64,000 nt of DNA, from assembly GCA_036500225.1 (NCBI GenBank), contig DASYCJ010000055.1, forward strand, positions 8,143-72,142, read 5' to 3'. The stretch comes from Gammaproteobacteria bacterium. GTDB taxonomy: Bacteria; Pseudomonadota; Gammaproteobacteria; Natronospirales; REEB76. Shown one piece after another: positions 55,065-63,820 of the stretch. The first letter of the stretch is position 1. Each line of letters begins with the position of its first letter. The notes beneath the pieces are model-generated. The model ran no database searches. It was not told the DNA's origin and worked only from the letters and a program-made list of their open reading frames with translations. The position numbers and the translations under genes were made by a program.

Positions 55065-55865
55065 ATGCGCCATGTTCTTGCCTATGCCTTGCTCGTCTGT
55101 GCGGTCGCTGGCCTTCCTCGCCATGCCTGGGCCGCCGATGAGGATCCCCAGGAGCAGCTCGCTAAAGCGGCGGCCACCGATACCGGCTCCGGTTGGATCT
55201 TCGGTGCCGGCGTGGCGGTGACCAATCCCGGTTATGTGGGTTACTCGCGCCAGATCACGCCCCTGCCTCTCATCTTCTATCACTACGGACGCTGGTTCTT
55301 CGCGGGCTTCAGCGGCGGTTACCTGCTCTCTAACGGCACGCATTACCGCCTGGCGCTGGTGGTGCAGCCGACCCTGAACCGCCTGAACTCCGACGATTCA
55401 CCGGAACTGGCTGGCATCCAAAGCCGTCAGTGGTCCCTGGCCGGCGGCGCCAACCTGGAGACCTTCGGTGACTGGGGGCACCTCAACATTGGTGTGTTCC
55501 ACGATCTCTTGGGCCGCAACGACGGCACCAGCGCGAACCTGGGATACCGTTTCCCATTCCATCTGGGTGACTGGACCTTGAGCCCTGGCATCGGTCTGCG
55601 TTGGGAAGATTCGAACCTGACGAACTACTACTACGGTGTCAGCCCGGCGGAATCCCGGCCCGGTCGCCCGGCCTATTCACCGGGCAGCGACACCAGTCCC
55701 TACGTGAGTTTCGGCGTGTCCACGGCCATCAGCGAACACTGGCAGTTCCGCGGTGACATCAGCTACCAGCGGTTTGGCGGCGCCATCCATGACAGCCCCA
55801 TCGTGGACCGTTCCGGCAGCCCGACCATCTTCATCGGCTTCATCTACAACCCGCGCGACAAATGA
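55065..55865 (+). CDS. mipA: MipA/OmpV family outer-membrane protein
   Basis: I moved the start to the ATG at 55065 (signal peptide MRHVLAYALLVCAVAGLPRHAWA). Alternating beta-strand pattern, with a terminal aromatic-rich strand (IFIGFIYNP). Confidence 0.75.
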   Translation: MRHVLAYALLVCAVAGLPRHAWAADEDPQEQLAKAAATDTGSGWIFGAGVAVTNPGYVGYSRQITPLPLIFYHYGRWFFAGFSGGYLLSNGTHYRLALVVQPTLNRLNSDDSPELAGIQSRQWSLAGGANLETFGDWGHLNIGVFHDLLGRNDGTSANLGYRFPFHLGDWTLSPGIGLRWEDSNLTNYYYGVSPAESRPGRPAYSPGSDTSPYVSFGVSTAISEHWQFRGDISYQRFGGAIHDSPIVDRSGSPTIFIGFIYNPRDK

Positions 55866-55871
55866 CCACAG

Positions 55872-55918
55872 AGCTTCTGCACTGATATATAGCCAAGTCG
55901 GAACGCAGCAGCTTTTTT
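55872..55918 (+). terminator. possible terminator after mipA
   Basis: AGCTTCTGC ... GCAGCAGCT: 9-bp stem with one mismatch and a large loop, followed by TTTTTT. The T-tract overlaps the stop codon of the convergent esterase gene. Confidence 0.3.
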
Positions 55919-56834
55919 AAGGTTTGGAATGCTCGGCGAAGAACCGCCATATCTCTGATGTGGCATTCAGGGCGGTGCTCGGCGGATCCAGGATGCGGCT
56001 GATGCGCTGGCCGCCGGGCCAGGAGTGGCCGCCGTCCTGGATCAGGAAGTAGCTGACTTCGCTGCCGCCCTGGCAACCACCATAGTTGGTCATGAGCACC
56101 CCCGGCTCCTGGGAATGCACGGTCACGCCGCAGCCGTCCTGTTTCACCCAGAAATCGATCGTGTCCTGCACCGGCTTGCGATCTTCCTTCTCGATGGCTT
56201 TCTTGCCGACGCCTCCGGCCACGGGCACGTTCTCATCCTTGGCGCCATGGATGTGGAACACCGAGATGGGCTGGGCGGGTTTGCAAGGCTGGTACTCCAA
56301 TACCGCCGAGACCGGCGCGATGGCCGCGAACACGTCGCTGGCTTCGCAAGCCAGGCGATAAGCCATCATCCCGCCGTTTGAGATACCGGTGGCATAGACC
56401 CGTTTCGGATCCGCGGCGTTGTCCTTGAGCACCTGTGTCACCACCGCGCGCAGGAAACCCACGTCATCGATGTTGTTTTCCCTGGCGAAGCCGCAGCAGG
56501 TGCCAGCGTTCCAGGTGAGCAGGGATCTGCCCAAGAGGTTCATTAACGGACGGCTCTCATCGGTGCCGTTCGGATACACCACGATGAAACCCTGTTTATC
56601 CGCCTCCGCATCGAAGCCGGTCTGTTTGGCCATGCTCTCGGCGTTGCCACCACCGCCGTGCAAAACCAGCACCACCGCCGGCGGCGTCGCTGGCGTGGGG
56701 TTCGGCAGATGCAGGAGATAGCTCCGGTCCAGGCCGCCGTACTCGATCTCAAGTTTAGGATCGCCGGCCGCCTGCGCCAGGAGCGGCGTCAGCAGCAGCA
56801 ACAGGGACCAGAGGATGCGTTTCATGCGGGCCAT
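55917..56834 (-). CDS. secreted PHB-depolymerase-family esterase (LpqC-like)
   Basis: Signal peptide. Motifs: VLVLHGGGGNAESM, the nucleophile elbow GISNGGMM, and HGAKDENVP. Confidence 0.8.
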   Translation of the reverse strand: MARMKRILWSLLLLLTPLLAQAAGDPKLEIEYGGLDRSYLLHLPNPTPATPPAVVLVLHGGGGNAESMAKQTGFDAEADKQGFIVVYPNGTDESRPLMNLLGRSLLTWNAGTCCGFARENNIDDVGFLRAVVTQVLKDNAADPKRVYATGISNGGMMAYRLACEASDVFAAIAPVSAVLEYQPCKPAQPISVFHIHGAKDENVPVAGGVGKKAIEKEDRKPVQDTIDFWVKQDGCGVTVHSQEPGVLMTNYGGCQGGSEVSYFLIQDGGHSWPGGQRISRILDPPSTALNATSEIWRFFAEHSKP

Positions 56835-56932
56835 CTCCGCGCCGGGGATATTTAGATTAACGCAGCCAAGGCAGTGGGGGTGACAGGATGGGCTAAGCTT
56901 AGGCAGCTTAAGGGGCGGGAGATGACAATAAG

Positions 56933-58033
56933 ATGTTTGGATTCCTGAGACGCGAGCCTTTCCTGGCTGTGAGCCTGTTGAGCGCGGCCCTGTTCATGGC
57001 CTTCGGCGGCAGCTGGCTCGCGGACCTGACGAACCCCGCCTGGTTCGGCTTCATGTTCGCCTGGCTGTTCCTGGCCATCCTCTCCTCGGCCTTCGCCGTG
57101 GTGCGACATGCGGAGGGCCTCGCGATCCTCCTGGGTGAACCTTTGGGGACCCTGGTGCTGACCCTGTCGGTGACAGGCATCGAAGTCATGGTCATCGCCG
57201 CAGTCATGTATACGGGCCCGGAAGGTTCTACCCTGGCCCGAGACTCCATGTTCGCGGTGGTGATGATCGTACTGAACGGCATGGTCGGCCTCTCGCTCCT
57301 GCTCGGCGGCCTCAAACACCGGGAGCAGACTTATAACTTACAGGGAGCTAATGCCTTCCTCGCGGTCATCCTGCCTCTCGCGGTCTTGAGCCTGATCCTG
57401 CCCAACTTCGCCCATGCGGACCTGGGACCGGTGTTCTCCACGCCGGAGGCCGTGTTCCTGGTCATCATGTCCATCGGCTTGTACACGGTGTTCCTGAGCA
57501 TCCAGAACGTACGGCACAAGCATTACTTCACGGCGCCTAAGGCAGAGCAGGCGGAATCAGAACACCATGGCGTGGAGGCTCGGTCGCTCCCCTATCACTT
57601 CATCCTGCTGGCTCTCTATCTCTTGCCGTTGGTGGTGCTGGCCAAGAAACTGGCTCTGCCCATCGACCACGGCATCCGGGTGTTGGGCGCGCCCACCGCC
57701 ATCGGCGGCTTCCTGGTAGCGGTACTGATCCTGTCCCCGGAATCCCTGGGCGCCGGCCGCGCGGCTCTCGCCAACCAGCTGCAGCGCTCCATCAACATCC
57801 TCCTGGGCTCGGTGCTCGCCACCATCAGCCTCACGGTGCCGGCGGTGCTGCTGATCGGCTTCATGACTCATCAGGACATCGCGCTGGGCTTGAGCCCCTT
57901 GAACAGCATCCTTCTGGCGCTGACTCTGGCCTTGAGCATGGTCACATTCTCCAATGCCAAGACCACCGTCCTCCACGGTGCGGTACATCTGCTCTTGTTC
58001 CTCGCCTACCTGATGCTGATATTCGAGCGCTAG
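56933..58033 (+). CDS. chaA: calcium/proton antiporter (CaCA family, ChaA type)
   Basis: 366 aa, about 11 helices. Two alpha-repeat-like segments are present (GEPLGTLVLTLSVTGIEV and SPESLGAGRAAL). Confidence 0.8.
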   Translation: MFGFLRREPFLAVSLLSAALFMAFGGSWLADLTNPAWFGFMFAWLFLAILSSAFAVVRHAEGLAILLGEPLGTLVLTLSVTGIEVMVIAAVMYTGPEGSTLARDSMFAVVMIVLNGMVGLSLLLGGLKHREQTYNLQGANAFLAVILPLAVLSLILPNFAHADLGPVFSTPEAVFLVIMSIGLYTVFLSIQNVRHKHYFTAPKAEQAESEHHGVEARSLPYHFILLALYLLPLVVLAKKLALPIDHGIRVLGAPTAIGGFLVAVLILSPESLGAGRAALANQLQRSINILLGSVLATISLTVPAVLLIGFMTHQDIALGLSPLNSILLALTLALSMVTFSNAKTTVLHGAVHLLLFLAYLMLIFER

Positions 58034-58068
58034 GCCGCGGTTCCAGGGACTTGCGTTTGCGTCTTTCT

Positions 58069-58089
58069 CATGTATACACTGTATACATG
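58069..58089. promoter_or_regulatory. perfect 21-bp palindrome CATGTATACA-C-TGTATACATG, candidate TetR operator
   Basis: 10-bp arms around a single central base. The right arm ends with the ATG (58087-58089) of the TetR gene. Confidence 0.6.
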
Positions 58090-58668
58090 GCTACTGCCAC
58101 TACTGCCCAGAGGATCCACGCCGCCGCCCGCAAACTCCTGGACAAGGAGGGGATGGAGGCGGTGACCATGCGCCGAGTGGCGGAGAAAGTGGGTATCACG
58201 CCCATGGCCATCTACCGGCATTATCCGGATCGGGCGGCGCTACTGAACTCACTGGCGGATGAAGGCTTCCGGGAACTGACGGCATGGCTGGCGGAACAAC
58301 GTTTGACGGGCGACGTGGAACAACGTCTCTACAAGATGGGCGACCTCTATCTCGATCATGCGCTGGCACACCCCAAGCTCTTCGAACTCATGTTCCTGAA
58401 GCCTCGCGAGGGCGCACGCCAATACCCGCGCGACTTCAAGGCCGGCAAGTCGCCCACCGGCAACCTCATGGCTGAGACCTTGCGACTGGCCATGGACAGC
58501 GGTCATTTCAAGGAAGACGACATCTGGGAGATCACCTTCGAGATGGGCGCCCTCTCCCATGGCCTCATCATGCTTTACTTAGGCGGCCGCCTCTCTACCT
58601 CGGTGGCTGATTTTCGCGCCCTGTACCGGCGTTCTTTCCGGAGATACATCCATGGCATCCGCAATTGA
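58087..58668 (+). CDS. TetR/AcrR family transcriptional regulator
   Basis: I moved the start to the ATG at 58087. HTH: VTMRRVAEKVGITPMAIYRHYPDRAALL. The start codon lies inside a perfect 21-bp palindrome. Confidence 0.85.
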   Translation: MATATTAQRIHAAARKLLDKEGMEAVTMRRVAEKVGITPMAIYRHYPDRAALLNSLADEGFRELTAWLAEQRLTGDVEQRLYKMGDLYLDHALAHPKLFELMFLKPREGARQYPRDFKAGKSPTGNLMAETLRLAMDSGHFKEDDIWEITFEMGALSHGLIMLYLGGRLSTSVADFRALYRRSFRRYIHGIRN

Positions 58669-60112
58669 CATGAAGCGCCTGGGGCTCGGCATCGTTGCCG
58701 TGCTTGTGACGGCCGTACTGGTCTTCTTCGGCACCGGGCTCGACCCCTTCTGGCCGCTCATGTGGTTCGCGCCGCTACCGGTGCTGTTGTTCGCCGGCCG
58801 CGCGTCCTGGTGGGGTGCTGCCCTGGCGGCGGCCTTAGGCGTGATGTTGGGCTTCCTGAACCTGTGGCCGGTGATGCACGGTCTGCTGCACATGCCGCTG
58901 CCGATCCTGGCGCAGATCTATCTCAGTGAAGGCATCGCCTACGCCCTCGCTATCTGCCTGTACCGTGGCCTGTTGCGACGCGGCGCCTACTGGATGGCGC
59001 TCTTGGCCTTCCCGGCGGTGATCGTCGCGTTCGAATATTTCCTGAACGTGACCTCACCCCACGGCACCTCTGGCTCCCTCGCTTACTCACAATTGCATTT
59101 CCTGCCCTTCCTGCAGCTGGCCACGGTCACCGGCCCCTGGGGCATGAGCTTCCTGTTGCTGAGTTTCTCCACGGCCATCGCCATCGGCTTGCATCTTTAT
59201 CCCACCGCACCGACCCAGGCCCTGCGTATCGGCGGCGCCGTCGCCGCGGTCCTGGTCTTGGTGCTGGCCCTCGGTGCCTGGCGCGTGCACACGCCTCAGT
59301 CAGGTACCCAGGTGAAGGTGGGGCTGGTGGCCTCGGACGGAGCGCATGGTGAGTACGACCAGGTATTGGACCCCGGCGCCCCGGCGGACAAACTCTTCGC
59401 TCAATACTCTGATTCAGTGCAGGTTCTCGCGGCCCAGGGTGTACGGGTGGTGGTATTGCCGGAGAAGCTCGCCGTGGTGGTGGCTGAGACCCTGCAATCC
59501 ACCGACGATTCCTTCCAGAGACTGGCTGACCACACCGGTGTCGTCATCGTGGTGGGCATGATCCGCTCGGCAGACGGCAAGGCATACAACGAAGCCCGTG
59601 TGTACATGCCGGGCAGGCCGCCCCAGAACTACGACAAGGAGCACATGCTGCCGCCCTTCGAGTCCGACCTCACGCCGGGCACCGCACTCACCGTATTGTC
59701 ACGCGCCGACGCGGTATGGGGCGTGGAGATCTGCAAGGACATGGACTTCACGCTGCTCTCGGCGGACTACGGCAATAAGAAGGTGGGCCTGATGCTGGTG
59801 CCGGGCTGGGATTTCGTGGCCGATTGGCTCTTCCACGGGCATATGGCCATTATGCGCGGCGTGGAATCGGGCTTCAGCGTCGTGCGCTCGGCCAAGCAGG
59901 GCTCGCTGTACGTGAGCGACGACCGGGGGCGGGTGCTGGCGGAAGTGAAGTCCAACTCGGCGCCCTTCGCCACCCTCACCGCCACGGTGCGGACAGGCCA
60001 CGACGACACGTTCTATGACACCATGGGTGACTGGTTCGCCTTCCTCAGCATCCTGGTGCTGGTAGGCGCGCTGGCGCGGCTGTGGATGCTGTGGAAAAGG
60101 CCGGTGGCCTGA
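58652..60112 (+). CDS. Lnt-like (apolipoprotein N-acyltransferase family) polytopic CN-hydrolase
   Basis: The N-terminal ~230 aa are polytopic. A CN-hydrolase domain follows with an E/K/C triad context like Lnt (VVVLPEK, YDKEHMLPPFE, VEICKDM). A final transmembrane helix is present. An alternative start at 58670 lies 1 nt after the tetR stop. Confidence 0.7.
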   Translation: MASAIDMKRLGLGIVAVLVTAVLVFFGTGLDPFWPLMWFAPLPVLLFAGRASWWGAALAAALGVMLGFLNLWPVMHGLLHMPLPILAQIYLSEGIAYALAICLYRGLLRRGAYWMALLAFPAVIVAFEYFLNVTSPHGTSGSLAYSQLHFLPFLQLATVTGPWGMSFLLLSFSTAIAIGLHLYPTAPTQALRIGGAVAAVLVLVLALGAWRVHTPQSGTQVKVGLVASDGAHGEYDQVLDPGAPADKLFAQYSDSVQVLAAQGVRVVVLPEKLAVVVAETLQSTDDSFQRLADHTGVVIVVGMIRSADGKAYNEARVYMPGRPPQNYDKEHMLPPFESDLTPGTALTVLSRADAVWGVEICKDMDFTLLSADYGNKKVGLMLVPGWDFVADWLFHGHMAIMRGVESGFSVVRSAKQGSLYVSDDRGRVLAEVKSNSAPFATLTATVRTGHDDTFYDTMGDWFAFLSILVLVGALARLWMLWKRPVA

Positions 60113-60243
60113 GCCCCGGGGATGGCAGGCGCGGGCTCAGGTGAATCCCTTCTACATAAAGGGGTTTAACCCGGATAGGCACTCTGTGGACTACGACAGA
60201 TAATCACCTATGCCTCATGGACTGAGGCCAAACAGGTGAATCC

Positions 60244-60567
60244 ATGACCCCGCTTCCCGCACCAGCCCCCTGCCCCCTGACCAACATCTCCAGCTCCGCC
60301 GACCTGGAACTGCGCGCCCGCCTGCTGACGGCAGCCCGGCAGCGATTCCTGCGCTTCAGCCACGAGAACACGAGCCTCGAGGACTTGGCCCGCGCCGCCG
60401 GCCTGAAACTCAGCCAGGTGCATAAGCATTTCAAGGATGTATATGCAGTGATGGTGGCCCTGGAACGGGCCCTCGTGGTGGGTTCCGTGGCGCCCCGCGG
60501 GCCCCGTCCCCTGCCACGAGGCCTGCAGAGACACGTGGCCGCAACGCGTCACCAGGGCGAACGCTAA
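60244..60567 (+). CDS. short TetR-like HTH-only ORF (possible gene remnant)
   Basis: Residues ~25-65 look like a TetR N-terminal HTH (LLTAARQRFLRFSHENTSLEDLARAAGLKLSQVHKHFKD). The rest is Arg/Pro-rich, and the ORF stops at 107 aa, just before a strong terminator. Confidence 0.35.
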   Translation: MTPLPAPAPCPLTNISSSADLELRARLLTAARQRFLRFSHENTSLEDLARAAGLKLSQVHKHFKDVYAVMVALERALVVGSVAPRGPRPLPRGLQRHVAATRHQGER

Positions 60568-60582
60568 GTCCTTCAGATAGTG

Positions 60583-60612
60583 AAAAGGCCGCTCTATGGG
60601 CGGCCTTTTCAT
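60583..60612. terminator. bidirectional rho-independent terminator
   Basis: AAAAGGCCGC-TCTATGG-GCGGCCTTTT. The flanking A-tract and T-tract give a U-tract on either strand. Confidence 0.8.
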
Positions 60613-60798
60613 TTATAGAAAACCTTCATCGCAAAAGCGTCATGAACGAAGGCGCATCGCATGCCATACACGGGTAGGCAGGATGCCGCCCAGCAGTTCG
60701 CGAAGCAGGGATTGCGTAGCGAAATGGGACGAGGCGGCGGTCCCGCTCCCGCACATCCCTGTGCTCCGCGGCACGTACGCATCCTGCTACAGACGAAG

Positions 60799-63075
60799 TT
60801 ATACCGAGCGCAGAAGTTTTTGCGCAGCTGTGTAGATCTCGTCTTCGCTGAGTAGGACTAAATTAGCTGCGGAAGCCAGTGGGATGTAAGAATCTTTGCC
60901 GGCCACGCGCCGCTTCTTCACACCCGGCGCATGTTCTTCCAGGTGCGTGAAGATCTCTTCGGCGATGCCGCCGGTCTCGCGCCCTTCGTCCACCACCAGC
61001 ACCTTGCCGCAGTCCTTGGCGTGCGCGGCCATCAAAGCCGCGTTCATGGGCTTGAGCCAACGCAGGTCCAGCACGCGGATCTTCTTGCCGGTCTCTTTCT
61101 CCAGCTTCTTGGCCACACGCAGGGACATCAGCACGCCGTTGCCGTAGCTGATGATCAACAGGTCCTTGGCGTTCGACTCATAGATGCGTCCCTCACCGAC
61201 CGGTATGGCGCGGTCCGGCGCCGGGTACTCGAACAACCACTGGCTGTCCTTCGGCTCGTGCAGGTCCTTGGTCATGTATAGGGCGATGGGCTCGAGCCAG
61301 GCCACCACCCGTCCATCCACTTTCCCCAAGGCCGCGCAGGTGCGCAGCATCATGGCCGCATCGTCGCCGCGACTGGGGCAGGCGATCACCAGACCCGGAA
61401 TGTCCCGCAGCGCCGTGAAACTGTTGTCGTTGTGGAAGTGGCCGCCAAAGCCCTTCTGGTAACCCAGGGAGGCGATGCGCGCCACCATGGGATTGCGATA
61501 CTGGGCGTTGGAGAAGAACTGCAGCGAGGCCGCTTCACCGCGTATCTGGTCGCAGGCATTGTGGAAGTACGCGAGATACTGGATCTCCGGAAAAGGCAGC
61601 ATGCCCATATAGGCCGCGCCCTGGGCCATGCCGAGGATGGTCTGCTCGTCCAGGATGGTGTTGAACACCCGATGGGACTTGAAGGTCTTATATAAGCCGG
61701 AGGTGACGGTATACACGCCACCTTTCTGGGCCACGTCTTCGCCGAAGATGGTCATCTCCGGATACTTGGCCATGAGATCAAACAAAGCCCGGTTGATCTG
61801 GATGGAGAGATGCTTGGGCGCACTCTTCTCTGGCAATGCTTCCTCGGAACCGAAAGCGGCGACGCGAGCCTCATGCTTCGCGGCGCGGGCCGCTTCCGCG
61901 TTAACCTTATCGGCGTGATAGGGCGCCAGGGGCGCCATGACCTGTTCCGCGGTGGTGAGCTTGGGTCGCGTGGCGGCCATCTTCGACGCCGCCTGCACGC
62001 GGGCGCGGCAGGCTTCGTACTTATCCAGCAACTCGTTGGGCGTGAGCAATCCGGTCTCCATGGCCGTCTCGGCGGACATGAGCAGCGGATCGCGTGCCTC
62101 GGAGGACTCAAGTTCCTGAGCGGTCTTGTACTCCGTCTCCGCGTCAGTGCCGGCGTGGCCCAAGAGCCGCACCAACTTCAGGTGCAGGAAGGTGGGCTGA
62201 CGGGTGCGGCGGCAGTGGTCCACCGCCTCGCGGGTCTTGTCCCAGGTGTCTATCAGGTCGAGACCATCCGCCTGCACGTAGTGCAGACCGGGCCGGTGCT
62301 TGAAGTTCGCTTCAACCCAACCTTCCGGCGTGCGCACCGAGATACCGATGGAGTTGTCCTCGCAGACGAACAGCACCGGGCAGGGCAGCTTCTGGTGGGA
62401 GGTCCACTGGGCGGCGTTGAAAGCACCCAAGGCCGTGGAATGGTTCGAGCTCGCATCGCCGAAGCTGCACACCACCACGCTGTCATCAGGGATGGGGGCC
62501 GTCAGCCCCAAGCGCTTCGCCTGGGCTAGGGCCGCAGCGGTACCCACTGCCTTGGGCAGATGGCTGGCGATGGTCGAAGTCTGGGGTGGTACCCACAGGG
62601 GCACCGAGCCCCACACCTTGTGACGGCCGCCGGATATGGGGTCTTCGCTGGACGCGGCGAGAGACAGGGCCGTGTCATACACCATGTCGATGTCGAGCTT
62701 CCGGGCGCGCTCCTGCATGAAGGCGCCGCTGCGGTAATGCAGGAAGGCGATGTCCGTGTGGCGCGTGACACGGCCCACCACGGCGTTGATCTCATGGCCA
62801 GAGCTGCCGATGGTGTAGAAGCCTTCGTTGCGGGCGCGCATGGCACGGGCTTCGATGTCCTGGTGCCGCGAGAGCATCTGGGACTCGAAGAGTTCCAGGA
62901 AATCTCGGCCGGTGAGGGCATGGCCGTGGCGCAAAGGTGCGTCCAGGTCCGGGCGCGGCGGATTGTCGACCCAGCTCTTCACGAACTGGATGAAGTTATT
63001 GTCCACGATCTCCGAGCGGTTGATGCTGCGGGTGGCGGCTTTGGCGAGACCGGTCGCTTTGGGTTCAGTGCTCAT
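60799..63075 (-). CDS. fused alpha/beta E1 component of a 2-oxoacid dehydrogenase (ThDP-dependent)
   Basis: 758 aa. The N-terminal half is E1-alpha-like (YRSGAFM..., SFGDASSNHS). The C-terminal half is E1-beta/transketolase-like (IFGEDVAQKGGVY, PFPEIQYLAY, LVIACPSRGDDAA). Confidence 0.85.
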   Translation of the reverse strand: MSTEPKATGLAKAATRSINRSEIVDNNFIQFVKSWVDNPPRPDLDAPLRHGHALTGRDFLELFESQMLSRHQDIEARAMRARNEGFYTIGSSGHEINAVVGRVTRHTDIAFLHYRSGAFMQERARKLDIDMVYDTALSLAASSEDPISGGRHKVWGSVPLWVPPQTSTIASHLPKAVGTAAALAQAKRLGLTAPIPDDSVVVCSFGDASSNHSTALGAFNAAQWTSHQKLPCPVLFVCEDNSIGISVRTPEGWVEANFKHRPGLHYVQADGLDLIDTWDKTREAVDHCRRTRQPTFLHLKLVRLLGHAGTDAETEYKTAQELESSEARDPLLMSAETAMETGLLTPNELLDKYEACRARVQAASKMAATRPKLTTAEQVMAPLAPYHADKVNAEAARAAKHEARVAAFGSEEALPEKSAPKHLSIQINRALFDLMAKYPEMTIFGEDVAQKGGVYTVTSGLYKTFKSHRVFNTILDEQTILGMAQGAAYMGMLPFPEIQYLAYFHNACDQIRGEAASLQFFSNAQYRNPMVARIASLGYQKGFGGHFHNDNSFTALRDIPGLVIACPSRGDDAAMMLRTCAALGKVDGRVVAWLEPIALYMTKDLHEPKDSQWLFEYPAPDRAIPVGEGRIYESNAKDLLIISYGNGVLMSLRVAKKLEKETGKKIRVLDLRWLKPMNAALMAAHAKDCGKVLVVDEGRETGGIAEEIFTHLEEHAPGVKKRRVAGKDSYIPLASAANLVLLSEDEIYTAAQKLLRSV

Positions 63076-63090
63076 GCGGCTCTCTCAGGA

Positions 63091-63819
63091 TCAGGCGGCG
63101 CGGGTCAGGACTTGGTGCGCCGCGGCGAAGTCATACATGCTGTTGAAACGGAAGTCCGGCTGCACCTTCTCGTCCGGCGCTCGTGTAGCGCCGTGGCCCT
63201 GTTTGTCGTGCCGCCGGTTTATCCAGGCCGTCGATAGCCCGAGCTTCTTGGCGGGGATGTGGTCGTGATACAGGCTCTCAGCCACGTGCAGGATGCGAGA
63301 AGGCAGGAAGCCCTCGTCCTCCAGGTGCGAAAGCAGGTATTGGAAGTTCTCCATATCCGGCTTATAGCTGCCGATGTCCTGGGCCGTGTACACGTGATCG
63401 AATTCCACGCCTAGCTTGGCGTTGGAGTAGCTGAAGGACTCCCGGTCCACGTTGGAAAGGATCACCAATTTGAAATGCTGCTTGAGGTAAGCGAGCGCCA
63501 GGGGCGAATCCTGGAATGCAGGCCAGTTGCCCACGGAGCGGCTGAAGCTCTTCAAGTCTTCCGGGGTGGTGAACACGCCCCAGCCCGCCGCCATGCGCTT
63601 CAAGACCCGCTTCAGGATCTCGGGGTAGAGCATCCCTGAGTTCTCTTCCTGCTCTTCCCACTCGTAGCGGCCGAAGGCCTCCACGAAACCATCGTCGCTG
63701 ACTTGGATATTCTCGCGGCGGCGCCAGGGGGCGAGCGCGGTGCGGATGCCCGTCTCCCAGTCGATGAGAGTGCCGTAGCAGTCGAAGCTCAGGACGTCGA
63801 AGTCGGTTAGGCGCGGCAT
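63091..63819 (-). CDS. HAD-superfamily hydrolase, haloacid dehalogenase type II-like
   Basis: VLSFDCYGTLIDWETG (DxYGT nucleophile motif), ILSNVD, and SYKPD. Confidence 0.8.
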   Translation of the reverse strand: MPRLTDFDVLSFDCYGTLIDWETGIRTALAPWRRRENIQVSDDGFVEAFGRYEWEEQEENSGMLYPEILKRVLKRMAAGWGVFTTPEDLKSFSRSVGNWPAFQDSPLALAYLKQHFKLVILSNVDRESFSYSNAKLGVEFDHVYTAQDIGSYKPDMENFQYLLSHLEDEGFLPSRILHVAESLYHDHIPAKKLGLSTAWINRRHDKQGHGATRAPDEKVQPDFRFNSMYDFAAAHQVLTRAA

Positions 63820-63820
63820 A

